Shown one piece after another: positions 9,282 to 17,099 of a stretch of 64,000 nucleotides of DNA. The position numbers and the translations under genes are program-made. The notes under the pieces were generated by a model. The model was not told the DNA's origin. It saw only the letters and a list, made by a program, of their open reading frames with translations, and searched no databases. Every line of letters begins with the position of its first letter. The first letter of the stretch is position 1. This DNA is from Actinomycetota bacterium (GTDB taxonomy: Bacteria; Actinomycetota; UBA4738; JACQTL01): contig JBHELK010000101.1 of NCBI GenBank assembly GCA_046263085.1, positions 2,011 to 66,010 of the forward strand. Reading direction: 5' to 3'.

Positions 9282-9935
9282 ATGGCAACGACGACGGGGC
9301 GAACCCGCATGCCGGCGAATGAGCGCAAGCGGCAGATCGTCCTGGCCGCCCGCGACGTCTTCGGGCGAGCCGGGTACGAGGACGCGAGCGTCGACCAGCT
9401 CGCCGCTCGCGCCGGGGTGACGAAGCCCATCCTCTACCGTCACTTCGACGGCAAGCGCGACCTGTACCTCGCGGTGCTCGAGGACCATCTCGGCGATCTC
9501 ATCCGCCGGTTGTGGGTGGGGCTGTCGGCTTCGACCGAGCCCCGCGAGCGCCTCCGCGAGTCGCTGCACGCGTACTTCGAGTTCGTGGAGCAGCGCCCCG
9601 ACGGGTACCGCATGCTTGCCGAGGCCGGCACGAGGATGGATCCCGACACCAGGGAGCGCCTCGGGACCGCGTGGGACACGCTCGCCGAGGGCGTGGCGCG
9701 GATGGTCGGGGACATCCTTCGCGCCTCCGGGCTCGACGAGTCCGGCGCTCCCGTCTACGCCCGCGCGCTGGTGGGGATGGCACAGGGCGTCGCCGACTGG
9801 TGGGTCCGCACACCCCGCCTGCCCCGCGAGGCGCTGGCCGACTATCTGCTCGCGCTCACGTGGCGGGGGTTCGACGGGCTTCCCCGCCACCCGACCCCGT
9901 TCCGCCCTCCCCGGGAGGCCGTAGCGCCAGCGTGA
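9282..9935 (+). CDS. TetR-family transcriptional regulator (candidate fatty-acid synthesis regulator, FasR-like)
   Basis: N-terminal HTH (RQIVLAARDVFGRAGYEDASVDQLAARAGVTKPILYRHF). Divergent from the fab operon. Confidence 0.8.
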   Translation: MATTTGRTRMPANERKRQIVLAARDVFGRAGYEDASVDQLAARAGVTKPILYRHFDGKRDLYLAVLEDHLGDLIRRLWVGLSASTEPRERLRESLHAYFEFVEQRPDGYRMLAEAGTRMDPDTRERLGTAWDTLAEGVARMVGDILRASGLDESGAPVYARALVGMAQGVADWWVRTPRLPREALADYLLALTWRGFDGLPRHPTPFRPPREAVAPA

Positions 9936-10353
9936 AGTGGTGCGCGGCGTGCTCCATCCCCTCCCGCCGATAGAACCGGTGGGCGTCGGCCCGCTGTACA
10001 CCGGAGTCGAGGTCGAACCACGCGCACCCCGCCTCGCGTGCCCGGCGGGTCAGATCATCCAGCAACGCCTTCCCGACGCCCCGCGACCTGAACGTCGACG
10101 TGGTCACCAGGTCGTCGACGCTGAGCTTGCGGAGCGCGAAGGTCGTCGCGACGATCCGCCACCCCGCGACACCGACACATGCGTCGCCGTCGTACGCGGC
10201 GGTGAACCGCAGGCCCTGCGGATGGCCTTCGGCGTACACCTGGGAGAAGGACGCCGGCGTGAGATGCGGGCGGAGCTCGAGGAGCACGGGGAGGAGATCA
10301 CGCTCGAGCCGAGGGTCGCCGGGCTCGAGATCGACGATGCGCACCTCGCTCAC
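9856..10353 (-). CDS. GNAT-family N-acetyltransferase
   Basis: VSEVRIVDL...TTSTFRSRGVGKALL...HRFYRREGM acetyl-CoA binding motifs. GTG start shares GTGA with the permease stop. 3' end overlaps the tetR 3' end by ~80 nt. Confidence 0.55.
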   Translation of the reverse strand: MSEVRIVDLEPGDPRLERDLLPVLLELRPHLTPASFSQVYAEGHPQGLRFTAAYDGDACVGVAGWRIVATTFALRKLSVDDLVTTSTFRSRGVGKALLDDLTRRAREAGCAWFDLDSGVQRADAHRFYRREGMEHAAHHFTLALRPPGEGGTGSGGGEARRTPAT

Positions 10354-11189
10354 GCGGTGCGCCGATACCGCCGCACGGCGAGCGGAACGAACACCAGGAG
10401 GATCCCGCCGATCCACGCCAGCGCCTGCCACACGTGGGTCAACGTCGATCCCCCCTGCACGGCCGTGGCCGTCCTGCTGCCGAGACACAACGCGCGGATC
10501 ACGTCGACCACCACGCTGACGGGGTTCACCTTCGCCCATGCCTGCAGCCACCCCGGCATGCTCTGCAGCGGCACGAACGCCGTGCTGGCGAAGACGAATG
10601 GGAACACCCACACGAAGCTCGACGCCTGCGCCGCCTCGACGTTGCCGGCGGTGAGGCCGATCAGGGCCATGATCCACGAGAACGCGAGGCCGAAGGACAC
10701 GGCGAACGCCAGGGCGGCGACGGCGTTGCCGAACCCGGCGTGGAAGCGGAAGCCGACCGCCGTGCCAACCGCCGTCATCAGCAACACCACCAGCAGGTTG
10801 CGAACGGTGTCCGACACCGTGCGCCCGGCCAGCACGGCGGAACGGGCCATGGGCAGCGAGCGGAACCGCTCGATCATCCCGCCCGCGAGGTCCTCGGCCA
10901 GGCCCACACCCGTCTGCGTGGAGCCGAACACCACGGTCTGCACGAAGATCCCCGGGATCAGGTAGTCGACGTACGCGAGACCCGGAACGGGCAGAGCGAT
11001 GGCGCCGCCGAACACGTAACGGAACAGCACGACGAACATCACCGGCTGCACGGTGGAGAACACGAGCAGGGTCGGGATGCGCGTGTATTTCCGGAGGTTG
11101 CGCCGGGTGATGGTCAGCGCGTCCGCGATGGCCCACCGCGCCCGCGTCGAGGGTGCGGGGGCGCTCGCCTGCACGGCCGCGGCGCTCAC
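10350..11189 (-). CDS. ABC-2 type transporter permease
   Basis: 279 aa, 6 predicted TM segments, ABC-2 family profile. Confidence 0.8.
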   Translation of the reverse strand: MSAAAVQASAPAPSTRARWAIADALTITRRNLRKYTRIPTLLVFSTVQPVMFVVLFRYVFGGAIALPVPGLAYVDYLIPGIFVQTVVFGSTQTGVGLAEDLAGGMIERFRSLPMARSAVLAGRTVSDTVRNLLVVLLMTAVGTAVGFRFHAGFGNAVAALAFAVSFGLAFSWIMALIGLTAGNVEAAQASSFVWVFPFVFASTAFVPLQSMPGWLQAWAKVNPVSVVVDVIRALCLGSRTATAVQGGSTLTHVWQALAWIGGILLVFVPLAVRRYRRTA

Positions 11190-12223
11190 CGGCGACCTCC
11201 CCGGGACCGCCGGCCCGCCACCGCAGCGGCCGGTTCGTCGCCGTCGGTGGTCTCGGCCACGTGGCCGGTCAGCGCGAGGAACACGTCGTCGAGGGTCGGC
11301 CTGCGAAGCTGGAGATCGGCGATCTTGATCGACGCTCCGTCGAGCCCTCTGATCATGTCGGTGAGCGCCGTGGATCCGTCGCCCCCAACGGGAACCACCA
11401 CCCTCCCGGTGTCCTCCTCCACCGAGGCCTCGGCGGCGGCCACGGAACCGGCCACCTTCGCCGCCGAAGGGAGCGCCGCGCGGTCGAGCACGCGGAACTC
11501 CACGAGATCGCCGCCGACACGCCCCTTGAGCTCGTCGGACGTGCCCTCGGCGATGACGAGCCCGCCGTCGATCACGGTGACCTTGTCGGCGAGCCGATCG
11601 GCCTCCTCCATGTACTGGGTCGTGAGCAGGAGCGTCGTGCCGTCCTTCACCAGCTCGCGGATCAGCTCCCAGAGCTGCAACCTGCTCCGCGGATCGAGTC
11701 CCGTCGTTGGCTCGTCCAGGAACAGCACCGCCGGTCGCCCCACCAGACTGGCGCCGAGGTCGAGGCGGCGCCGCATGCCGCCCGAGTACGTCCGGACCGT
11801 GCGATCCGCCGCGTCGGTGAGGTCGAAGCGCCCCAGGATCTCCTCGGCGCGGCGGCGGGCTTCCGCGGCAGGCAGGTGGTAGAGCCGCCCCACCATCTCC
11901 AGGTTCTCGAGGCCGGTTTGATGGGGATCGACGGCCGCGAACTGCCCGGCCAGGCCGATCACGGATCGCAGGGTCACGGCGTCGCGGACGACGTCGAGCC
12001 CGGCGACCTCGGCCCGTCCCTCGTCGGGATGCAGGAGCGTCGTCAGGATCCGGACGGCCGTGGTCTTGCCGGCGCCGTTCGGTCCGAGCAGGGCAAGGAT
12101 CGTGGCGGGCGGCACCGAGAGGTCGATGCCCCGCAACGCGCGAACGTCACCGAAGGACTTCCCGAGATCCTCGACCAGGATGGCCGGTCGATCCGTCAAT
12201 GCGCCCCCCCTCTCGCGTGTCAC
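11186..12223 (-). CDS. ABC transporter ATP-binding protein (DrrA-like)
   Basis: Walker A GPNGAGKTT, signature YSGGMRRRL, Walker B LLFLDEPTTGLD. Confidence 0.85.
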   Translation of the reverse strand: MTRERGGALTDRPAILVEDLGKSFGDVRALRGIDLSVPPATILALLGPNGAGKTTAVRILTTLLHPDEGRAEVAGLDVVRDAVTLRSVIGLAGQFAAVDPHQTGLENLEMVGRLYHLPAAEARRRAEEILGRFDLTDAADRTVRTYSGGMRRRLDLGASLVGRPAVLFLDEPTTGLDPRSRLQLWELIRELVKDGTTLLLTTQYMEEADRLADKVTVIDGGLVIAEGTSDELKGRVGGDLVEFRVLDRAALPSAAKVAGSVAAAEASVEEDTGRVVVPVGGDGSTALTDMIRGLDGASIKIADLQLRRPTLDDVFLALTGHVAETTDGDEPAAAVAGRRSRGGRR

Positions 12224-12258
12224 ACGAGCGTACCCGCGCGCCGCGGGCGCGGAACCGC

Positions 12259-12801
12259 TTAGGGGCGAGCGGGGGGCTTCTCGGCGATCTCCTTCCAGAA
12301 ATCGAGGACGGCGACCTCGACGGCGATGCCGCAGCGAAGGGTCGCCATCTGGTACTCGAGGCCCGTCACCTCGGAGAACTGGTCCTCGATCCGCCGATAC
12401 TCGTCGAGCAGGCCCTCGGAGACCTCGATCTGCTGCTTGGCCAGACTCACGACGGCCTCGCCATCGACGAGGTTGCCGAAGAAGAGCTTCAGCGTCGCCG
12501 GGTACCTGACCTCCGCGGGGTCGGTCCGGGGATCGCGAAGCCAGTCCTCGAGCTCCTTCTCCCCGTCCTCCGTGATCGAGTAGACGCGCCGGCGCCTGCC
12601 GCCCGTCTCGCGGTCCTCGGTCAGGAGCCCCAACCGGACGAGCCGCTCGGGCTCCGCATAGAGCTGGGAGTGCGGGAAGGTCCAGAAGTGCCCGATCGAC
12701 ATCCCCACCAGGCGTTTCAGGTCGTAGGAGGTGGCCCGCCGGAGCATGGCGATCGAGCCCAGGACCACGTACGAGGTGGAGGTGAGTTTGTCGTTTGACA
12801 T
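12259..12801 (-). CDS. PadR-family transcriptional regulator
   Basis: YVVLGSIAMLRRATSYDLKRLVGMSIGHFW winged-HTH typical of PadR. First gene of the PadR-ABC-GNAT operon. Confidence 0.8.
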   Translation of the reverse strand: MSNDKLTSTSYVVLGSIAMLRRATSYDLKRLVGMSIGHFWTFPHSQLYAEPERLVRLGLLTEDRETGGRRRRVYSITEDGEKELEDWLRDPRTDPAEVRYPATLKLFFGNLVDGEAVVSLAKQQIEVSEGLLDEYRRIEDQFSEVTGLEYQMATLRCGIAVEVAVLDFWKEIAEKPPARP

Positions 12802-12839
12802 CCAGGGAATCCTACCCTACACTTCAGACCATCCAAAAC

Positions 12840-12862
12840 AGACGGTCTCAGAAAGACGGTCT
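12840..12862. promoter_or_regulatory. direct repeat of a near-palindromic 9-mer AGACGGTCT (x2) in the padR divergent intergenic region
   Basis: Seen directly: AGACGGTCT at 12840-12848 and 12854-12862. Confidence 0.3.
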
Positions 12863-12885
12863 GAGCAGGACGAAAGGAGAGGGAC

Positions 12886-13212
12886 ATGGACGCAGCAGCC
12901 ATGAGACTGGACACGGTCAGGACGGTCCCGTGGGCGCATACCCGGCGCGAGCGACCGGCGAGGCGCTCCACCGAGCGGAAGCAGGATCGAAACGACAGCC
13001 CGCTCCTCCACCCCGACGCCACGCAGGCCCTGCTGATGGCGGCGGCCGGACCCGGCGCCCCGGGCCCCCAGCCCGTCGCGGTGGTCCTGGCCGACGGCAC
13101 GGTCCGCGCCCTGCGCGAGGACCCGGGCTCCGAACGGCCCCGGGCTCGAGGCAGCATGTCTGGCCGGGACTGGATCCTGTGGTGGGAGCGCCGATCCTGG
13201 GCCGTTTCCTGA
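12886..13212 (+). CDS. hypothetical protein (weak call)
   Basis: Strong SD AAAGGAGAGGG 5 nt upstream of the ATG, but the R/P/A-rich composition could be a GC artefact. Confidence 0.25.
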   Translation: MDAAAMRLDTVRTVPWAHTRRERPARRSTERKQDRNDSPLLHPDATQALLMAAAGPGAPGPQPVAVVLADGTVRALREDPGSERPRARGSMSGRDWILWWERRSWAVS

Positions 13213-13342
13213 TAGCAGCGATGGTCCCGGATCTCGGAGCCGACTCCAAGATCGTCGGTATCGAGCTGTACGGTGATGTCCTCCCCCCGCGGCGTGACCG
13301 GCATCGAGGCGCGGCTGGAGGCGACCCCTGGACTCGGAGACA

Positions 13343-13660
13343 TTGGTGGACCCGAGGGGCACCCGGTGGCGGGTGCAGGTGCCGACCCACCGCCGTGAGC
13401 GCATCCGCGGCCTGCGGGGTCGCGATGAGATCGGGCGTCGGGAAGCGTTCCTCATCCGCGGCGCCACGTCGATCCACACGTTCGGCATGCGGGTGCCGCT
13501 GACCGTGGCCTGGCTGGACGACGACCTCACGGTCGTCGAGATCGGACACCTCGGGCCTCGGCGCGTGACCCTCCCCCGCCGGCGGGCCCGGCACGTGCTG
13601 GAGTGCGCTGAGGGATCCGACCTCCGGGTCGGCGACCGCCTCGTGACGCTCGACCCCTGA
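13343..13660 (+). CDS. DUF192 (COG1430) family protein
   Basis: RGLRGR ... HTFGMRVPLTVAWLD ... LECAEG motif pattern typical of DUF192. Confidence 0.5.
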   Translation: MVDPRGTRWRVQVPTHRRERIRGLRGRDEIGRREAFLIRGATSIHTFGMRVPLTVAWLDDDLTVVEIGHLGPRRVTLPRRRARHVLECAEGSDLRVGDRLVTLDP

Positions 13661-13689
13661 GCCCGATCGGGGGCGAACACCCCTGCGGC

Positions 13690-13695
13690 TATACT
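13690..13695 (+). promoter_or_regulatory. -10-like hexamer TATACT upstream of the tRNA cluster
   Basis: ctgcggCTATACTctgg lies ~50 nt upstream of tRNA-Glu. Weak call. Confidence 0.2.
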
Positions 13696-13743
13696 CTGGA
13701 CGTTGCCCCGGACGGGATGACGTGATGAGCGGGGACGCCGTTT

Positions 13744-13816
13744 GCCCCCATCGTCTAGCGGCCTAGGATGTCGCCCTTTCAAGGCGGAGACACGGGTTCG
13801 AATCCCGTTGGGGGCA
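13744..13816 (+). tRNA. tRNA-Glu (anticodon TTC)
   Basis: Cloverleaf folds by hand: acceptor GCCCCCA/TGGGGGC, anticodon loop CTTTCAA, T-loop GGTTCGAATCC. Confidence 0.85.
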
Positions 13817-13836
13817 CGGAACAAGCACCAAAAGAT

Positions 13837-13911
13837 GGGCCTGTGGAGCAGTCTGGAGTGCTCGCGACCCTGTCAAGGTCGAGGTCGGGGGTTCAAATCC
13901 CCTCAGGCCCG
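13837..13911 (+). tRNA. tRNA-Asp (anticodon GTC)
   Basis: Acceptor GGGCCTG/CAGGCCC, anticodon loop CTGTCAA, T-loop GGTTCAAATCC. Confidence 0.85.
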
Positions 13912-13937
13912 CAAGAGGACGAAGATCGCGGAGGTAA

Positions 13938-14010
13938 GGCGAGGTAGCTCAGTTGGCAGAGCACGCGGCTGAAAACCGCGGTGTCGGCAGTTCGATTCTG
14001 CCCCTCGCCA
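13938..14010 (+). tRNA. tRNA-Phe (anticodon GAA)
   Basis: Acceptor GGCGAGG/CCTCGCC, anticodon loop CTGAAAA, T-loop AGTTCGATTCT. Confidence 0.85.
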
Positions 14011-14018
14011 CACACCCC

Positions 14019-14999
14019 TCAGGCCGGGAGGACCACCTCGCCGGTGGTCGTATCGATGGTGACGTTGATCCGCCGCAGCGGCACAGGAGCGGGGCCGGCG
14101 ACCGGCGCAGCGCCGCGCGCGGGATCGAACTCGGCGCCGTGACACGGGCAGACCAGTAGACGGCTCCCCGGGTCATATCCCACCTCGCACCCCGCATGGG
14201 TGCAGATGCGGCTGAATGCCACCACGTCGTTCTGGCTCAGCCGGAACAGCGCGCAGGGCTGGCCGGCCGGTCCCTGGAAGGCGATCGGCGAGCCGACCTG
14301 CAGCTTGTCGAGCGCCACGATCTGTGTTCCCGCCGGCGCCGACGAGGTACTCGGCGCCGGCCGCGACGGCGCCGGTGTCCTCGGCGACGTCGGAGTACGG
14401 ATCCCTTGGCCCACCGCAGCCGAAGAGCCCGCACCCCTGCTCACCGCCTTTGCCAATGCGCCGAGCAGCAGGCTCGATGCCACCACCACACCGCCCCGGA
14501 TGAATCGCCGGCGTGACAGCTCATCCGGCGACGGCCGGGACGGCCGGGACGGTCGCGGCGACTCGATCACGGCAGCCCTGCGTTCGGTCTCCCACCCGGA
14601 GACGCCGTACGCGGCCCACGCCACCGCGTACATCGAGTCCGAGCCGAGGAAGTACGGACGCACGTGCCAGGTGGCGGAGAGGAACAACGCCATGCTGATC
14701 ACAAACCCGGCGGCGGCGGCGGATTTCTTCGCCACGCCGAGGAGCGTGGCCGATCCGACCGCCGTCTCAGCGAACGCTACGGCCAGTCCCGTCGCCACCG
14801 GCGCGTGGGCCAGCGCGCGAAGCACGCCCCCGATCGGGCTGCCCCGCGCGAACCCACGGAGCTGCTCGCCGATGAACGTCGGCCCACCCCCCGCGAGGAA
14901 GTGCGGGTCCGCGAGCTTCTGGACACCCGCGTACACGAAGGTCACGCCGAGGAAGGCGCGCAGGAGCCGGATGGCGATGGGCTGCTGGCGCCAGCTCAT
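14019..14999 (-). CDS. DoxX-family membrane protein fused to a C-terminal Rieske [2Fe-2S] domain
   Basis: N-terminal DoxX-like TM region (MSWRQQPIAIRLLRAFLGVTFVYAGVQKL...). C-terminal Rieske motifs CTHAGCEV ... CPCHGAEF. Internal Met start is used because the long ORF would overlap the divergent response regulator gene. Confidence 0.6.
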   Translation of the reverse strand: MSWRQQPIAIRLLRAFLGVTFVYAGVQKLADPHFLAGGGPTFIGEQLRGFARGSPIGGVLRALAHAPVATGLAVAFAETAVGSATLLGVAKKSAAAAGFVISMALFLSATWHVRPYFLGSDSMYAVAWAAYGVSGWETERRAAVIESPRPSRPSRPSPDELSRRRFIRGGVVVASSLLLGALAKAVSRGAGSSAAVGQGIRTPTSPRTPAPSRPAPSTSSAPAGTQIVALDKLQVGSPIAFQGPAGQPCALFRLSQNDVVAFSRICTHAGCEVGYDPGSRLLVCPCHGAEFDPARGAAPVAGPAPVPLRRINVTIDTTTGEVVLPA

Positions 15000-15073
15000 C
15001 ACGAGTCCCGCCGCCGGCGATCCACGAGCATGCCGGCTGCTCACCCGTCCAGTCTCCTCGGCGCCGATTGGAG

Positions 15074-15118
15074 GAGATCCAGAGCGGGGTTTGGAAACGG
15101 TAAGGATCTCGTCCAAAC
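15074..15118. promoter_or_regulatory. two interleaved 7-bp inverted repeats in the divergent DoxX-Rieske / response-regulator promoter region
   Basis: GAGATCC (15074-80) / GGATCTC (15104-10) and GTTTGGA (15089-95) / TCCAAAC (15112-18). Confidence 0.3.
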
Positions 15119-15144
15119 GCGCTCGGATAGCGGAACATGGGTCG

Positions 15145-15807
15145 GTGCGCATCCTGCTGGTCGAGGACGACCATCGTCTGGCTTCGTTGATCGCCGAGCG
15201 GCTCGTGACCGAGGGCTACGAGGCGGTGCCCACCTTCACCGGACCGGAGGGTCTGCGGCAGGCCACGTCGAGCCCGTTCGACGTGGTGGTCCTCGACGTG
15301 ATGCTGCCGGAGCTCGATGGCGTGACCCTCGTTCGCACGCTCCGGCAACACGGTATCCACGTCCCGGTGCTGATGCTTACCGCGCGGGACGCCGTCGAGC
15401 ATCGCGTCGAGGGCCTTCGAGCAGGTGCCGACGACTACCTGGTCAAACCCTTCGCCTTCAACGAGCTGCTCGCGAGGATCGAAGCGCTGACGCGGAGGCT
15501 GGGACGGGACCGTGGCTTGCGTTTCGGCCCACTCGTCCTCGAGCCGGCCGCTCGACGTGTCAGGGTGAACGGCACCCCCGTCGAGCTCACGGCGAAGGAG
15601 TTCGATCTTCTCGAATGCCTGCTCCGGCACCGGGGCCGCGTCCTCACCCGCGCCGATCTGAAGGAATACGTCTGGGACTTCTCATTCGACGCTCGCACGA
15701 AGGTGGTCGACCTGTACGTCCACTACCTGCGGAGGAAGCTCCAGGAAGCGGGAGCTTCGGACCTCATCGAGACGGTTCGGGGAGTTGGCTACGCGATCGG
15801 GCGGTGA
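15145..15807 (+). CDS. OmpR-family response regulator (TCS-1)
   Basis: VRILLVEDD..DVVVLDVMLP..DDYLVKPF receiver domain plus winged-helix output (VRVNGTPVELTAKEFDLLE..GYAI). GTG start. Confidence 0.85.
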   Translation: MRILLVEDDHRLASLIAERLVTEGYEAVPTFTGPEGLRQATSSPFDVVVLDVMLPELDGVTLVRTLRQHGIHVPVLMLTARDAVEHRVEGLRAGADDYLVKPFAFNELLARIEALTRRLGRDRGLRFGPLVLEPAARRVRVNGTPVELTAKEFDLLECLLRHRGRVLTRADLKEYVWDFSFDARTKVVDLYVHYLRRKLQEAGASDLIETVRGVGYAIGR

Positions 15808-17080
15808 GCGGCCCCGCTCCGCGCACCGGCGGAAGGTGCACGCACCGGGACTCTTCCGCTCGCTGCGGGCAAGGATGGCCCTTTCGCACGGTGCCGTCAT
15901 CGCGCTGATCCTGCTCATCCTCGGGGGGGTGGGGTTCGTCCTCCTGCAGCGCAGCCTGGATCGCGAAGCGACCGCGGAGATCGTCGGCGCAGGCCGCGAG
16001 GCCGCCGGGTACGTGGCCGCGACCGGCAGCGCCGTCCACCCGCCCGACTCCGATGTGCCATCACTGCTCGGAGTACGCGTGGAGGTGTTCCTGCCCGACG
16101 GGCGCCCGGTCGATCGAGACGAGCCCGCCATGACATGGCTGCATCCGCAGGGCCAGCCGATGCTCGACCTGCGGGTCGCCGGCGAGCCGGTGCGAGTGGT
16201 CACCATCCCGGCCAGGAGAGCGGGACGGCTCATCGCGATCGTCGTCGCCGGCCGATCGCTCGTCGCCGAGCAGTCGTTGCTGCATCGTGTGCGACTGCTC
16301 CTTCTTCTCGGCGGTCTCTCCGCCGTCGCCGCGAGCGTGATCGCCGGCTGGTGGCTCGCCGGACGAGCGGCCCGGCCGGTGCGTCGCGCCTACGAGGCGC
16401 AGGCGGGCTTCGCCGCGGACGCCTCGCACGAGTTCCGGAGCCCCCTGGCATTCATCCGCGCGGGGGTGGAAGTGCTGGGCGAGGACGGGTCAGACCTGTC
16501 CGGAGAGGTTCTGGGCGAGATCGACTACCTCACCGGGCTGACGGAGCGGATGCTGCTGCTGGCGCGCGCCGACAGCGGCGCGCTCAAGCTGGCGACGCGG
16601 TCTTGTGGCTTCTCGTCCATCTGCCGGAGCGCCGCTCGACGGGCCGAGGTGGCATACGGACTACGGACAGAGATCCGTTCGCACGAGGATCCTGCAGTGC
16701 GCGCCGACCCGGTCGCCACCGCGGCCGCACTCGACGCCATCCTGGAGAACGTCGCCGTGTACGGAGGAGGAAGAGCCGAGATCGTCTCCGCGAAGGGGGA
16801 TCGCACGGCGAGCGTCGAGATCGTGGACCACGGCCCGGGTATGCACCCCACGGATCGGGAGCGCGCGTTCGATCGATTCTTCCGGGCCGACCCGGCTCGC
16901 GCCCGAACCACGCGGGGCGGAGGTCTCGGGCTGCCCATCGCTCGCCGGCTCGTCGAGGCTCAGGGCGGGTCCGTCTCGCTGGCGCCGACCCAGGGCGGCG
17001 GATTGACCGTACGCATCGAGCTTCCGCTCTCGGAGGAGATTCCCGCCGCCGCGAGCCCAGCCGGGCCCGATCACCCGTAG
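15785..17080 (+). CDS. sensor histidine kinase (TCS-1)
   Basis: Two TM segments, H-box ADASHEFRSPL, HATPase G-boxes (DHGPGM, GGGLGL). The start may be the internal MALSHG at 15875. Confidence 0.8.
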   Translation: MATRSGGERPRSAHRRKVHAPGLFRSLRARMALSHGAVIALILLILGGVGFVLLQRSLDREATAEIVGAGREAAGYVAATGSAVHPPDSDVPSLLGVRVEVFLPDGRPVDRDEPAMTWLHPQGQPMLDLRVAGEPVRVVTIPARRAGRLIAIVVAGRSLVAEQSLLHRVRLLLLLGGLSAVAASVIAGWWLAGRAARPVRRAYEAQAGFAADASHEFRSPLAFIRAGVEVLGEDGSDLSGEVLGEIDYLTGLTERMLLLARADSGALKLATRSCGFSSICRSAARRAEVAYGLRTEIRSHEDPAVRADPVATAAALDAILENVAVYGGGRAEIVSAKGDRTASVEIVDHGPGMHPTDRERAFDRFFRADPARARTTRGGGLGLPIARRLVEAQGGSVSLAPTQGGGLTVRIELPLSEEIPAAASPAGPDHP

Positions 17081-17099
17081 CGTGCCCCTCTTGAGGCGC

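Noticed and set aside
9937-11136. Long ORFs on both strands opposite the ABC permease / GNAT (9856..11136 minus N-terminal part, 9937..10965 plus, 10434..11882 plus)
   Set aside because: Only the C-terminal 166 aa of the minus ORF shows GNAT motifs; the rest are out-of-frame artefacts overlapping the permease and ATPase genes.
12795-13824. ORFs 12795..13502 plus, 12817..13824 minus, 12917..13594 minus
   Set aside because: Overlap each other and the DUF192 gene in alternative frames with Arg/Pro/Gly-rich composition. Only the SD-supported 12886..13212 is kept, at low confidence.
13343-14020. Mobile element or integrase near the tRNA-Glu/Asp/Phe cluster
   Set aside because: tRNA clusters are common integration sites, but the flanking genes (DUF192, DoxX-Rieske) show no integrase, excisionase, transposase or att-like duplicated tRNA 3' end.
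14200-15807. 535-aa plus ORF fused upstream of response regulator 1
   Set aside because: The N-terminal 300 aa are antisense to the DoxX-Rieske gene. The real regulator starts at the GTG near 15145.
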